IMG/VR virus record: IMGVR_UViG_3300028591_000122
Coordinates: 32,001-96,000 of that record
DNA: 64,000 nucleotides
Origin: a virus
Lineage: Duplodnaviria; Caudoviricetes
Direction: 5' to 3' (one strand)
Below the pieces are notes generated by a model. That model had not been told where the DNA came from. It did not search any database and saw only the letters and a list, made by a program, of their open reading frames with translations. A program made the position numbers and the translations under genes. Numbering within the stretch: position 1 is the stretch's first letter; every line of letters begins with the position of its first letter. This document shows positions 38,001-48,081 of this stretch, piece after piece.

Positions 38001-41000
38001 ACAAAAAAGAAATCGAGAACACGCGGTCGCTCTCAAAGGTAGAATCTGATATTACTAAAATTGTCAATAAAGCAAAAGAAGCAGGCAAATTCACTTCGTA
38101 TCAAAAGAAAAGATTAACCTCATATATTGACGAGTATGAAAATCTCGGAGGAAATCCTTTTGTATCTCAAACGTTTTCCGAGGGCAAAATTCTGTCTACC
38201 AACTTAGAAGAAATGTTTGCGAAAGAATATACCGCACAAGACGTTGCGGATTCATTCAAGAGAAAACAAGAAGCAGAAGCCTTAGCAAAAAGAAAAATGT
38301 CTACAAAAGATGTTATTTCGTTATTGAAACAAGAGAAAAAAGCCCAAAACGAAATAACGGAGGAGATTCAAAAAACCGAAGAAGCCACTGGTCAATTAAA
38401 TCAAGAGATTAAAACCACCCAGCAGGAGACAGAGTTTACTCAAAAAGAACTCGCAGAATTGGTAGAAGAATATTTCCCCGACAATAAAGTCTCAAACAAA
38501 ACTGGACAACTTTCGTTAGATGATTTAATGAGTGCGCATTTTGCAACACCGAAAAATGCACCACAAATAGAATCTCCGAATATAGCGGATAACAATCAAA
38601 TCGTACAGCAAATCAATGTGGTTGATACAGACATTAAAGCAATAGGAAGTGATGTATCAAAAATTGTAAGCAGTACCGAATCAGACACTCCTTCTCCCAT
38701 ATCTGATGATGTGTCTCGAATGATAAAAGGTTGGGTTGAAGCAGAGAATATAATGCTTAAATCCGCAGAATCTGTAGACGGTGTTACGAGAGAAAGAGGG
38801 GCATTCGGAAGTCGAAAGAATGGGGCGGTCACAAACCCGTATATTTTCGGACAAGAAGAAGAAGTATCTGCTGAGTTAATTGCCGAACTGCAAAAATTAT
38901 CAAATGTTCTTGAAGATAAATTCTCCATTCACTCACACCCCATGGATTATGTCGTTCCTTCAGGAGCAGGTGGAGATTTAGAGGAATATCAAACATCTGG
39001 ACCGGGATTAATTGTCGGAAGAAAGCAGATGGCATTTGTCAATCCTCTCGCAGTAGGGGAAAAAGTATATCAAAAGATTATTGATGATTTCTCAAAAATG
39101 ACAAAGGAGAACCTTGGTAAAGAATTTAAGAATGAAATCAATGCAATTGTTGACAGAGTTAAAGCCGAGCTTGGACATTACGATGAAAATGACCCCGATT
39201 ATGATAAAAAAGAGGAACTGTACGAAGATAACGTATATACTCTTCTCAATCAATTAGCCTTAAAGAAAGCCTTTGACAAAAATGCTCCCGAAGGTGTTGA
39301 GTTTTCGGATTTCTTTAAGACATTAGATTATAAAAATCCTGAAGACTTATCTCTTGCTGATATTAACAACTTCTTGGGAATACAGAATACGGATAATACC
39401 TATTTACAAGATATCGCTGATGCAGTAAGAAAAATCCTTTCAATCATAAGTTCTGGAAAAATATCATTAACTCCAGAGAATGAAATGATTGGTGAGGGAA
39501 CGGGCTTTAAATCTTTAGTTCCTATTGACCGTGTTTCTACTTCCGAGACTACACCTACTTGGGCTACTGGATGGCAGAAGCAAAACGCGGCTAATAAAAT
39601 ATCTCACGCATCAAAATTCAACGATGATTTCGCTAAATACAAAGTATCGGAAGAACAAGGGGATATGTCTGACCTTGAATATGCTCAAAAGTTCTATACG
39701 GAGTATCTTGAATGGTTGGAAGAAGATTTAGCGAACGCCGCCAAAGAAGACAAACGAGGTAAGAGAAATTATATCAAGTTTGTTAAGGAGCAACAGAAAC
39801 TTAATAACCAAAGAATTAAAGAAGCAGAAGAACTAAACAAAAATCAAATTGAGTTAGAAGAGCAGAAGAATGATTTAGTTGATAAAGAGATTAATGCCGA
39901 AAAACAAGCAGAGCGCTTAATGCAAAGAAGAGATGACCAGATAGATGAACTTGCTAAAAGATATGCTAATAAGCAGGCATCAGAATATGGCTTGGAACAG
40001 AAAAGGGCAGCCGAGGAAGAATATAAAGCCAGAGCGAAAGGCAGACAGCAAGAAGAAAAGGAATACATAACGAACCAAAACAGACAAGCAACAGCTACAA
40101 ATCTTTGGTCTCGAATGAATAATTTTCTTCTTAACGATAATCTTGTTGATGATTCTGTTCGTCAAAGAGTTGAAGATATGGCTAAACGCCTTGAACAAGT
40201 CAAAGACTCTGCTCGCATTACCAATAAAGAATTTGCGGAAATCAAAAATGAATGTACCGAAATTTCTATTGAAGCACAGAAGAACATTAATGATACTGCA
40301 AAAGTAAATGGACAACTCAAAGAACAGCAGAAGATTCATCAGCAATCAGTTGAACAACAGAGAAAAGAAAATCAACTTCAAACAGAACGCAGTAACGAAA
40401 TCAATAAAATGGTTGCGCAGACCAAAGTTCTCAGAAGTCAACAAGGAGTTTCTTCTCTCACCCAAAACGTTTTAAATGATTTTGTTCATAAACTCAGGGC
40501 TATTCAACAACAGGGCAATATTACCAAAGACGTTATAGATGGCTTAAATCAAGAATTTAGACAGTTATCTAAACAGGCAACCGCAGACATTAATACCGAG
40601 AAGCGACAAAGCACGAGTGAAAACAAAACTCGTATGAAGCAAGTTAATTCTATGGTTGCTTCCCTTGAAAAGTTGCTTGATAATCAAGATTTTACGCAAC
40701 AGTTCCGAGGACCTGCCGATGATTTACTTAATAGATTAAAACAGATTCAAACTCAAGGACAGATAACTGTTGATAATTTTGATGATATTGAAACCGAATT
40801 TAAACAAATCAATGTTCAGGCTGAAGATGTTGTAACCAAACAGCAACAGATGAATAATCTTGCTCTTGAGTTACAGAAGATACAGAGTAGCAAGACACAA
40901 GGTAGAAATACATACGCGTCCGCTTTTCTTGAAGAGATTTCAAAAGCAGAGCAGTTATTAAATGCCCGTAGACAGAATGGGTTATTATTAAACAATTCTG

Positions 41001-44000
41001 AAATGGCACAAATTCAAGCATTGATAGAACAGACCAAAAATCCTGATTTGTCAATTCTTACTGCTAATAAATCCGTTCTTCAAAAGAATATTACAAAACT
41101 CGAAAAGACATTAAGAGATGGCGCACTTCCTACTGGACTTCAGGAAAAACTTAAAGAGGTTATTCTTCAAATGAAGACCCTCGAAGGTCAATCTGAAGTA
41201 ACCAAAGAACAGGTGGAGAATGTATTAGATGCTGGTCGTCGTGTCGAAATGGAAGCTGGCAACATTGGTAAAACTCTCATTGGACAAACCGCACAAAGAT
41301 TGCAAGATATGAATGCTAAATTCATTGCGCAGTATTTGAGCATTCATGACATTATCCGTTATTTAAGAACAATGTTTGAAGAAATCAAGAATATTGACTC
41401 TGCTCTCATTGAACTTAAAAAAGTAACAGATGGTCTTACGGTAGAGAGATTAAATATAAGCCTTGAACACTCTTTTGAAACTGCAAGAGAATTAGGTTCA
41501 GCCGTTACGGAAGTTATCAATACAACAGCCGACTGGGCGAGACTTGGATATGGTATTGAAGATGCCGAAGAGTTAGCAAAAATCACTACACTCTTTAAGA
41601 ATGTCGGTGATAATATGACAACAGATACGGCAAGTGAATACCTCATCTCAACCCTTAAAGGTTTTGAGATGCTTCCCGAAGAAGCATTGTCTATCGTAGA
41701 TAGATTCAATGAAGTTGCCAACAACTTTGCTATTGATACTGCTGGTATTGGCGAAGCATTAGAGAGGTCATCGGCTTCATTTAATGCGGCTAATACAAGT
41801 CTGTCGGAATCAATTGCTCTTGTAACAACTGCAAACGCAGTAGTTCAGAATCCTGAAAGTGTAGGTACAACATTCAAAACTTTATCTGCTCGTATTCGTG
41901 GTGCTAAAACAGAACTTGAAGAATTAGGCGAAGAACAGGATATCTATACAGAGTCTACATCAAAACTCCGTGACCTTGTAAAAGGACTGACGGGATTTGA
42001 TATTATGGCTGATGAAGATACCTTTAAATCTATTTACGATATCTTATTGGGTATCGGACAAGAATGGGATAAACTTACCGACGTTGAAAGAGCATCTCTC
42101 GGAGAAGCATTGGCAGGTAAGAGAAACTCTAATGTTCTTTTCGCTATTATGAACAACATCGAAGAACTTGAGAAAGCATATGAGACAGCAGAGAATGCCG
42201 CTGGTTCAGCAACGAAAGAACAAGAAAATTATCAGAAGTCAATTCAATATTCGGTTGATGTATTCAAATCTCAATTATCTGAATTATATACAAAAATATT
42301 AAATTCTGATGATGTAAAGAAATTTGTAGATTTTCTTGCTCAGGCACTTAGTTATGTTGTTCAAATTGCCGACAAGGTTCCTACCATTCTCGCACTTGGC
42401 ACTGTATTCGGAACAAGTTTGTTCTTGGGTAATTCCAGACGAATGGGTGACTTATCTTTGTTCTTTGAAGGACTTGTTAAAGCGACTGGAGTTCTCGTTT
42501 CAAGTGGTGGAAAAGAAGCTTGGAATTCGTTAATGAATACCATTCTTTTAATCTCGAAGACATCTCACCGAGAGGGAGAAGTAACCATATTTGAAATGAT
42601 TGCTCAAAGTTTTGTAAAGGGCAAAGATTCCATAGAAGAAGCAACCGAAGATATGGCAGACTCATTAGGTGAAGTAAGAGATGCGGCTGAAGATGTTTCA
42701 GAAAACATAGACGAAATTAAGAGCAGTGCTATATCTCTTAAGAGCATAGGCTTTGTTGCGATTCTTGTAGCAGTAACTGCTGCCGCTTATGGAGTAAGTA
42801 AGGCTTTGGATTCCTTTGTAGAATCTTTTGATGAAGTCGAAGACAGAATACAAAAGGCAGAAGCAAAGGTTACAGAGTATGATTCAAAACTTCAAGAGTT
42901 ACAGAGCAGACTTGAAGAGATTAAGAATATTGACACATCTGATTATAGTTATAACCAACAGCAGAATTTGCAGAAAGAAGCAGAATATGTTGAGAATTTA
43001 ACGGAACAGTATAAAGCATTAAAAGAAGCACAAGAAGAGATTATCTCGCTTAATCAAAAGAAGTCGTGGACGGGCGAACTTAAATATAATCCGTTCTCAA
43101 CAGAAATGGAACAACTTCTTAAGGGAGACTTTGCAGGTGCTTTCAAGACTCAAATGGCTTCGGGAGTAATCCGTGGCGATTGGGGAGAGAATGAGAAATA
43201 TAGATACGCATTGAATACTTTACTCGGTTCATTCCCGGGAGTAAACACAGTAGCTTCATTTGTTTCTAATTCAGATAAAAACAAGACACAACTCTTAAAT
43301 GATGAGATTGAAAGATATAAGGAACTCCGAGAGGAACTTAATAATCTTCAAGAATCTCAAATGAAGTTTGGTGATGATTCACGATTCCAAGATGAAATAG
43401 ATGAGGTTAATGGTAAATTGGCTGAATCTACAGAACAAATTCGTGAATATGAAAACGAACTTATGGAGATGAAGAAATCTATCATCGACGAGTACGAGTC
43501 TGGTTTCGAGGAAATGAAGAAACTCCAAGAAGGTGGGTCTGTAGATTTATTTAATAGACCTTCTGTTCAAGTAGTTGATGAGAACGGCAATACCGCATGG
43601 GAGACCGTATTCTCTCATACATTCTCTGATGAAAAGGGCGAGAGATGGTTGAACTTCACACCTATTATGGTTGACGAAAATGGAAACTATATCGGAAGTT
43701 TGACATCAGAAGACTTACAGAAGTATGCGGAAGAGGTAATCAGTGGTGCCAGAACAGATGACCTTCATTTGCAGATAGGCGCTGAATTTACTTCTGAAGA
43801 AGATGCAGTTGAAGCCGCAATTAAAATCCACGAAGAACAGGAAAGATATTATGAAGGTCTTAAGAAACTAGATTTAGACTATATTGACTCGAATCTTCAA
43901 TCTATTAGCGATACTTTTGATATGTTTGACCAAGAGGGATATGCTTCTGAAAGCACAGTGTTAGAGAAATGGCTTAATACAATCAACTCGACTGTAGATA

Positions 44001-47000
44001 AGAACGAACAACTTCTTGAAACGACAAAAGATTTAGGAAAAGAAAGAGCGCAATTAACTGATAATGCGTTAGAGTATAATCGCCTTGTAAGCCAAGGAAC
44101 CGATGCGGAATTATATGACGAGTACGAAGCTAGACAACTTCTTGATGTTTTATATTCAATTAGAGATGTTTTACAGTTCATTCAAGATATCGAAGATGTT
44201 GGGCTTGAAGATGCTTTCAAAAACCTCATTACACAATGGGATTCAAGAAATACTTTCTTACAAGCGGCTGGATTTGATGGTAGTGTTTTTGAAGAAGTTC
44301 AACAATCTTTAGACTCCATCAAACGTTCATGGGATTCTATCACGGAAACGTTGAGTCCGTTTAGGGAAACTATTATTGATATATTGGAAGAGGTTTCTCC
44401 TTTGCTTGCTGAAATATTTAAGTCATTTGATTTATTAGATTTCGCTACTGCCGCCATTACTCCTTTGAAGTTAGTTGAACTTGCATTTCAAAAGATATCG
44501 CAAGTTGTGGCAGAAACAGCAAGGGGTCTTGATGTAATATTCGGATATCTCAACCAATTTGTATCTGCTCTTGATGAAATAACTAACCGTCTTCTTACGG
44601 CTCTTGCCGATAGGTTAGAATCAATGCCAGAACCTCCTCAATGGATTTTGGATTTCATCGAGATATACCAGAACAATAGGAATAAGAGAATCAATACAAA
44701 GGATTCCAATAATGGTAAGGCACAATTGCCAGCAGATAATACTCTTGAATATTATGTTTCTCTTCCCGAACACGAGACTAAACAAACAACGGTTCAGTTC
44801 TCTGATACGCATGACGCTACACGACTTGGTGAACTTCTTTCTTCTGGAGGAAATTTAACCAATTCAACTTCTTGGGCTAAAATCAGAGATGAACTTGTGG
44901 GCATGGCTCAAGTAGGTAAACTCGACGAAACAACACTCAAGAGTTATGAACATTATAAAGATATCCTTGACGCATTGGGTATATCAGCAGAAGACGCAGA
45001 TAAGAATATCTCCGACATGATAGACACCATTAACCAAATGGCACAACAAAACGCTGTTGATGTATTGAATAAATATAAGACGGGTATTGATAGCCTTGAT
45101 GATGCTTATCAGAAATTCAAGAAGGGTAAATTTATTGATGCGAGTACACTTGCTGGAATACAAGATACATTCGGCAACCTAGAATCCTATCAAGCATTTG
45201 AAGAAGCCGTAATGAGTGGCGAGAAGAATCTTCAAGAATACTTTGATGCTATTGTTACAGAATATGCTATTCAAGAAAGTGCATTAGGAGAATTAACAGA
45301 AGCCAATAAAGATTGGGTTAAACAGCAACTCGTTGCATCTGGTATTACAGAAGCAAGTGCAGATAAAGCCATTAAACAATCTCTTGAAAGAAAGGCTTCT
45401 CTTGAAAACGAAATCCGTGCAACTCTTGAGTTGATGAACGCAGAAGTAGCAGAGAAGAAAGGTAGAGATGACCTTGTTGTGTCTACTGAAAATCTTGATA
45501 AATTAACCACAGAAGAAATTGTATTGTTGATGCAAGAAGCAAATATGTCGGGCGAAGCCGCACAAGCGGTTGCTTTGTTTGCTCTTAAGAAAGAATTAGC
45601 AAAAGATTCCGCATTAAGAAATCAAGACGACATTAACTATCTCTTGCAACTTATCAATCTTGCAGACCTTGGTGGTAAGAAAGTCACTGAACTTAAGTAT
45701 AAACTTGAGAATCAGCAGAAATATCAAGAGAGAGCCGATGCGCTCAGTAAGCGAGAAGAGGATTTCTACAAGAAACACGGAACGGATTCCTCGAAGTATT
45801 ATAATGACCGAGGTGTTTACGAAGAATGGAAATCCATAACGGGAGAAAAACAATATCTTGAGGATTGGCTAGGCAGTATTGACACGCTTTCGCAAGATGT
45901 CTTGGACGAAATCTATGGTCAACATCCAGAGTTAGACTATACGGTTGATTTAAACCTTGATTATGGTGGAGCGGTTGATTCTGCAAGCAAGGCAGGTTCC
46001 GAAGCGGCGAAAGCCTTTAAAGAGACATTAGATAAGATACTTGCAATGTATGATGCGGAATTAGATGCAGGAGTTGAGACATTTAAGAATTACGTCAATA
46101 AATCTCGTGCTGTAATCGAGCAGTATTACCAAGAAGGAAAGATAACGGCATCAGAATACTATGACTACATAGCAAATCTGTATGAGAAACAAGTAAGCGA
46201 GTATGATAAAGTTATAAGTGCCGTTCAGAGAAAGATTAAAGAACAGATAGACTCTTTAGATAAAGAGAAAGAGTCAATTGAAGAAAGTTACAATCTTCAG
46301 ATTGAAGAAATTCAAAAGAAGATTGATGCACTTCAAGAAGAGAACGATGAAATTGACAGGAATATGGCTTTGTCTCGTGCTCAATACCAGTTGGCTAGAG
46401 CGCAACATCAAAGAACAAGGCTTATGTATTCTGAATCAAGAGGTTTCTACTACGAAGCAGACTTGCAAGGTATTGCAGATGCTCAAGAAAATGTCCGTAA
46501 GGCGCAATTAGATAAGACCGTTTCTGATTTGCAGAGAAGAATTACCACTCTTCAAGATTCAATGAAACGTGAAACTGATGCGATTGATGAACAGATTAAA
46601 TCACTCAATGAATTATCAGAAGCGTGGGGAGAAGTATCTTCCGTGCTTCAACATTCTATTGAGGATATGAGAGCAGAAGAAATTCTCGGCAAAGATTGGG
46701 AGCAACAGATATTTGCAGACCGTCAAAAGATACTTGAAGATTTCACAAATCAATATGTTGCTTTACAACAAGCCCAGAAAGACGCATATCTTGCGGCAAG
46801 ACAAGCCGAATTAGATTATCAGCCTAATCCTACAGGTAATTCTGGTGGAGGCGGTGGCGGTAATCAGGGCGATGGTGGTGGAGGAGGAAGCGACTTCTCA
46901 GATACTGGTCACGCCCAAACTGGTGGCAACACTAAAGGTGGAGACATTTCTCGAAATAAGACACCCCAATATGTGTATGTTTATAATGGCAAAGAGTATC

Positions 47001-47659
47001 CGACATCGGATGCCGCTAGCGCTCAGCAACAAGCCGACTATAATGGCGCTTATGATAAGTTCTATAAACAAACATATAATAACCTTAAGGGCAGAGGAAA
47101 ATCCAACAAAGAAGCAGATGAACTTGCAAAGCAAGCTGCCAAGAATCAAGCCAAAAATATCCTCAGTCGAAAGATTGAAAAGAAAGTTAAGGCTAAATTC
47201 TCTGGTACGGATTCTGCTAAAGCAGGAGATACTCTTGTAGGTGAATTAGGAACAGAAATCGTTCTTGATAAAGACAAAGGCGAAGCCACAATCGTTGACT
47301 CTCCTACCTTGATGAAGATGAAGGGTGGAGAAAAGATATTTAACGCAGAAGAAACAGAAAAGATACTCAAATCCAAGTATGTTCCGTTAAAGAATCTTAA
47401 TCCTAAAAAGTTTGCTATGCTCCATTCATTTGCTAACGGAACAAGTTCTCCGTTACAGAATGCTATTGCCGCTCAAGCGGTTGGTATTGCGAGTGGGCTT
47501 AAGAGCGGATTAACCCCTGCTCTTTCAACGGGTGCGGGTCAAACGATTAATCAGACATTTAATGTTTCGTTGCCGAACATTACAGACTCAAGTAAAGCAA
47601 GTGATTTGTTTAGAGAGTTTGAACAATTACAGAGAAGGGCAACACAGTTTTTCAATTAG
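35012..47659 (+). CDS. giant tape measure protein (4215 aa) with embedded accessory domains
   Basis: TP901-type core (IDSALIELKKVT, ADWARLGY, NEVANNFAI, LAGKRNSN), long coiled coils, C-terminal FSGT...LVGELGTE. Confidence 0.9.
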   Translation: MNNIHDYSELRKQIKAEISDAVFQASREGISDGLSKAVEKQFKTEVGEVNIDLKDLSKKVADSVQKAVVQGITKEKVKGIDISDIISLNSKDILKEIEKMVDEEVTLTAKGAKKMLAAVSLAQSKGISKAQINNALSQTGYKGAGGKATSMSDTAYEEYFKNLRSTARLSKTDAEIFGKNVIDVVTKINFKIDQLVEDTITDYSKVTSSLKQNIKAEMDAFNKELESLSSKDFDKVMDNPRYYEIEDKVSAGILSAKRAMAMLLEETDRTIGHEVVKLEQLQDSVENTSGAVKEQEQAFEKESEAINKVADKVEKLEKKTKKAQKEIVKATEKVSEVSINEADEVAKGSKSRKNKKDVAEAVEEMKQQTEETKKTVIDKGVSGIQTEVEKIVEAEKDFSKINEQIVTSSKAVTQSLEEETAVIKTASNEFEKYGDKLDEFWKEKSRLNSADSKGIEEMYDYQWRIEQVANGQLSGKDAISLLIEDLQLAREEAIRTQREEIEKEKKALQTVLEDEEMLDASSLSYSDDDDWFFGVSTPKVIEQITEKTSELNTELKETDNVAQAITDDVQKTVKEVKAMSGQEWLKFSSPFQEAQKITQQFMSQSKLKSKQTAQDLALEIEYQIKNMLKGSAPDFRESSILLASNKDKKMAWEDFGSPEHRAVRDYIKSSSGVYINEQIKGDLGDNLKRLRELMGFGKVNTKNSSLMGVDVFLRDLNSVAQTSFQSIRELLDFLENSPTDYDVLKQLSESGYFTDVEEKLKNRIDDYIKNYSRLNDEQKRTLKNRDENIHRQQDNRKTLYQEEKEREKKLQETLNTQQEETVQTVDKQKIFEERMNDIYEHRISLKKEDLALQQRYNDLVKREEELRATQAVYEQQIGNSLSVDAQQEAIEKYNDTLTEARNNYTTIEQIVGRINKKSEKPLESFGLTDKVRLSATMMALVERYKEIAGDNYDVNQIGGQKTINAYSTYYGMTQDKIADVAKQLGEVNKQLLEIDKNKKEIENTRSLSKVESDITKIVNKAKEAGKFTSYQKKRLTSYIDEYENLGGNPFVSQTFSEGKILSTNLEEMFAKEYTAQDVADSFKRKQEAEALAKRKMSTKDVISLLKQEKKAQNEITEEIQKTEEATGQLNQEIKTTQQETEFTQKELAELVEEYFPDNKVSNKTGQLSLDDLMSAHFATPKNAPQIESPNIADNNQIVQQINVVDTDIKAIGSDVSKIVSSTESDTPSPISDDVSRMIKGWVEAENIMLKSAESVDGVTRERGAFGSRKNGAVTNPYIFGQEEEVSAELIAELQKLSNVLEDKFSIHSHPMDYVVPSGAGGDLEEYQTSGPGLIVGRKQMAFVNPLAVGEKVYQKIIDDFSKMTKENLGKEFKNEINAIVDRVKAELGHYDENDPDYDKKEELYEDNVYTLLNQLALKKAFDKNAPEGVEFSDFFKTLDYKNPEDLSLADINNFLGIQNTDNTYLQDIADAVRKILSIISSGKISLTPENEMIGEGTGFKSLVPIDRVSTSETTPTWATGWQKQNAANKISHASKFNDDFAKYKVSEEQGDMSDLEYAQKFYTEYLEWLEEDLANAAKEDKRGKRNYIKFVKEQQKLNNQRIKEAEELNKNQIELEEQKNDLVDKEINAEKQAERLMQRRDDQIDELAKRYANKQASEYGLEQKRAAEEEYKARAKGRQQEEKEYITNQNRQATATNLWSRMNNFLLNDNLVDDSVRQRVEDMAKRLEQVKDSARITNKEFAEIKNECTEISIEAQKNINDTAKVNGQLKEQQKIHQQSVEQQRKENQLQTERSNEINKMVAQTKVLRSQQGVSSLTQNVLNDFVHKLRAIQQQGNITKDVIDGLNQEFRQLSKQATADINTEKRQSTSENKTRMKQVNSMVASLEKLLDNQDFTQQFRGPADDLLNRLKQIQTQGQITVDNFDDIETEFKQINVQAEDVVTKQQQMNNLALELQKIQSSKTQGRNTYASAFLEEISKAEQLLNARRQNGLLLNNSEMAQIQALIEQTKNPDLSILTANKSVLQKNITKLEKTLRDGALPTGLQEKLKEVILQMKTLEGQSEVTKEQVENVLDAGRRVEMEAGNIGKTLIGQTAQRLQDMNAKFIAQYLSIHDIIRYLRTMFEEIKNIDSALIELKKVTDGLTVERLNISLEHSFETARELGSAVTEVINTTADWARLGYGIEDAEELAKITTLFKNVGDNMTTDTASEYLISTLKGFEMLPEEALSIVDRFNEVANNFAIDTAGIGEALERSSASFNAANTSLSESIALVTTANAVVQNPESVGTTFKTLSARIRGAKTELEELGEEQDIYTESTSKLRDLVKGLTGFDIMADEDTFKSIYDILLGIGQEWDKLTDVERASLGEALAGKRNSNVLFAIMNNIEELEKAYETAENAAGSATKEQENYQKSIQYSVDVFKSQLSELYTKILNSDDVKKFVDFLAQALSYVVQIADKVPTILALGTVFGTSLFLGNSRRMGDLSLFFEGLVKATGVLVSSGGKEAWNSLMNTILLISKTSHREGEVTIFEMIAQSFVKGKDSIEEATEDMADSLGEVRDAAEDVSENIDEIKSSAISLKSIGFVAILVAVTAAAYGVSKALDSFVESFDEVEDRIQKAEAKVTEYDSKLQELQSRLEEIKNIDTSDYSYNQQQNLQKEAEYVENLTEQYKALKEAQEEIISLNQKKSWTGELKYNPFSTEMEQLLKGDFAGAFKTQMASGVIRGDWGENEKYRYALNTLLGSFPGVNTVASFVSNSDKNKTQLLNDEIERYKELREELNNLQESQMKFGDDSRFQDEIDEVNGKLAESTEQIREYENELMEMKKSIIDEYESGFEEMKKLQEGGSVDLFNRPSVQVVDENGNTAWETVFSHTFSDEKGERWLNFTPIMVDENGNYIGSLTSEDLQKYAEEVISGARTDDLHLQIGAEFTSEEDAVEAAIKIHEEQERYYEGLKKLDLDYIDSNLQSISDTFDMFDQEGYASESTVLEKWLNTINSTVDKNEQLLETTKDLGKERAQLTDNALEYNRLVSQGTDAELYDEYEARQLLDVLYSIRDVLQFIQDIEDVGLEDAFKNLITQWDSRNTFLQAAGFDGSVFEEVQQSLDSIKRSWDSITETLSPFRETIIDILEEVSPLLAEIFKSFDLLDFATAAITPLKLVELAFQKISQVVAETARGLDVIFGYLNQFVSALDEITNRLLTALADRLESMPEPPQWILDFIEIYQNNRNKRINTKDSNNGKAQLPADNTLEYYVSLPEHETKQTTVQFSDTHDATRLGELLSSGGNLTNSTSWAKIRDELVGMAQVGKLDETTLKSYEHYKDILDALGISAEDADKNISDMIDTINQMAQQNAVDVLNKYKTGIDSLDDAYQKFKKGKFIDASTLAGIQDTFGNLESYQAFEEAVMSGEKNLQEYFDAIVTEYAIQESALGELTEANKDWVKQQLVASGITEASADKAIKQSLERKASLENEIRATLELMNAEVAEKKGRDDLVVSTENLDKLTTEEIVLLMQEANMSGEAAQAVALFALKKELAKDSALRNQDDINYLLQLINLADLGGKKVTELKYKLENQQKYQERADALSKREEDFYKKHGTDSSKYYNDRGVYEEWKSITGEKQYLEDWLGSIDTLSQDVLDEIYGQHPELDYTVDLNLDYGGAVDSASKAGSEAAKAFKETLDKILAMYDAELDAGVETFKNYVNKSRAVIEQYYQEGKITASEYYDYIANLYEKQVSEYDKVISAVQRKIKEQIDSLDKEKESIEESYNLQIEEIQKKIDALQEENDEIDRNMALSRAQYQLARAQHQRTRLMYSESRGFYYEADLQGIADAQENVRKAQLDKTVSDLQRRITTLQDSMKRETDAIDEQIKSLNELSEAWGEVSSVLQHSIEDMRAEEILGKDWEQQIFADRQKILEDFTNQYVALQQAQKDAYLAARQAELDYQPNPTGNSGGGGGGNQGDGGGGGSDFSDTGHAQTGGNTKGGDISRNKTPQYVYVYNGKEYPTSDAASAQQQADYNGAYDKFYKQTYNNLKGRGKSNKEADELAKQAAKNQAKNILSRKIEKKVKAKFSGTDSAKAGDTLVGELGTEIVLDKDKGEATIVDSPTLMKMKGGEKIFNAEETEKILKSKYVPLKNLNPKKFAMLHSFANGTSSPLQNAIAAQAVGIASGLKSGLTPALSTGAGQTINQTFNVSLPNITDSSKASDLFREFEQLQRRATQFFN

Positions 47660-47664
47660 TTTAG

Positions 47665-47694
47665 GGAGGGAGACTTCGTGTCTCCCTCTTTATT
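47665..47694 (+). terminator. intrinsic terminator after the TMP gene
   Basis: GGAGGGAGAC-TTCGT-GTCTCCCTCT followed by TTATT. Confidence 0.7.
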
Positions 47695-47706
47695 CAGGGA
47701 GGTAAT

Positions 47707-48072
47707 ATGGCAGTCACTGACAGTATATTGAAGACTATAGATTATGCTATAGGTAAACGAACAGAACATTTAATGAATATGGATATATCGGGCATCATAG
47801 TCAGTATACCAGACAAAGATGACGCATATACCGTAAAAATAAGTAATCAAAATTATAAAGTTCCAAACGGCTCCGGTCTTGGTTTTAAAGAGGGAGATAC
47901 CGTATGGATACATTCTCCTAACGGAGATTTTAAAAGAAAATATATCATAGCAAAGAAAGTATCTAGCGCTAATCTATCACGTAATAGCGGTACGGGAGAG
48001 ACAGGAGAAGGTGGTAGCATTGGTGATGATGATATAATCACGAATGAAGAAATAGATGCTATGTTTGCATAA
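47707..48072 (+). CDS. tail tip/baseplate small OB-fold-like protein
   Basis: YTVKI...GDTVWIHSPNGDF; position after the TMP. Confidence 0.5.
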   Translation: MAVTDSILKTIDYAIGKRTEHLMNMDISGIIVSIPDKDDAYTVKISNQNYKVPNGSGLGFKEGDTVWIHSPNGDFKRKYIIAKKVSSANLSRNSGTGETGEGGSIGDDDIITNEEIDAMFA

Positions 48073-48081
48073 GGAGGGAAT

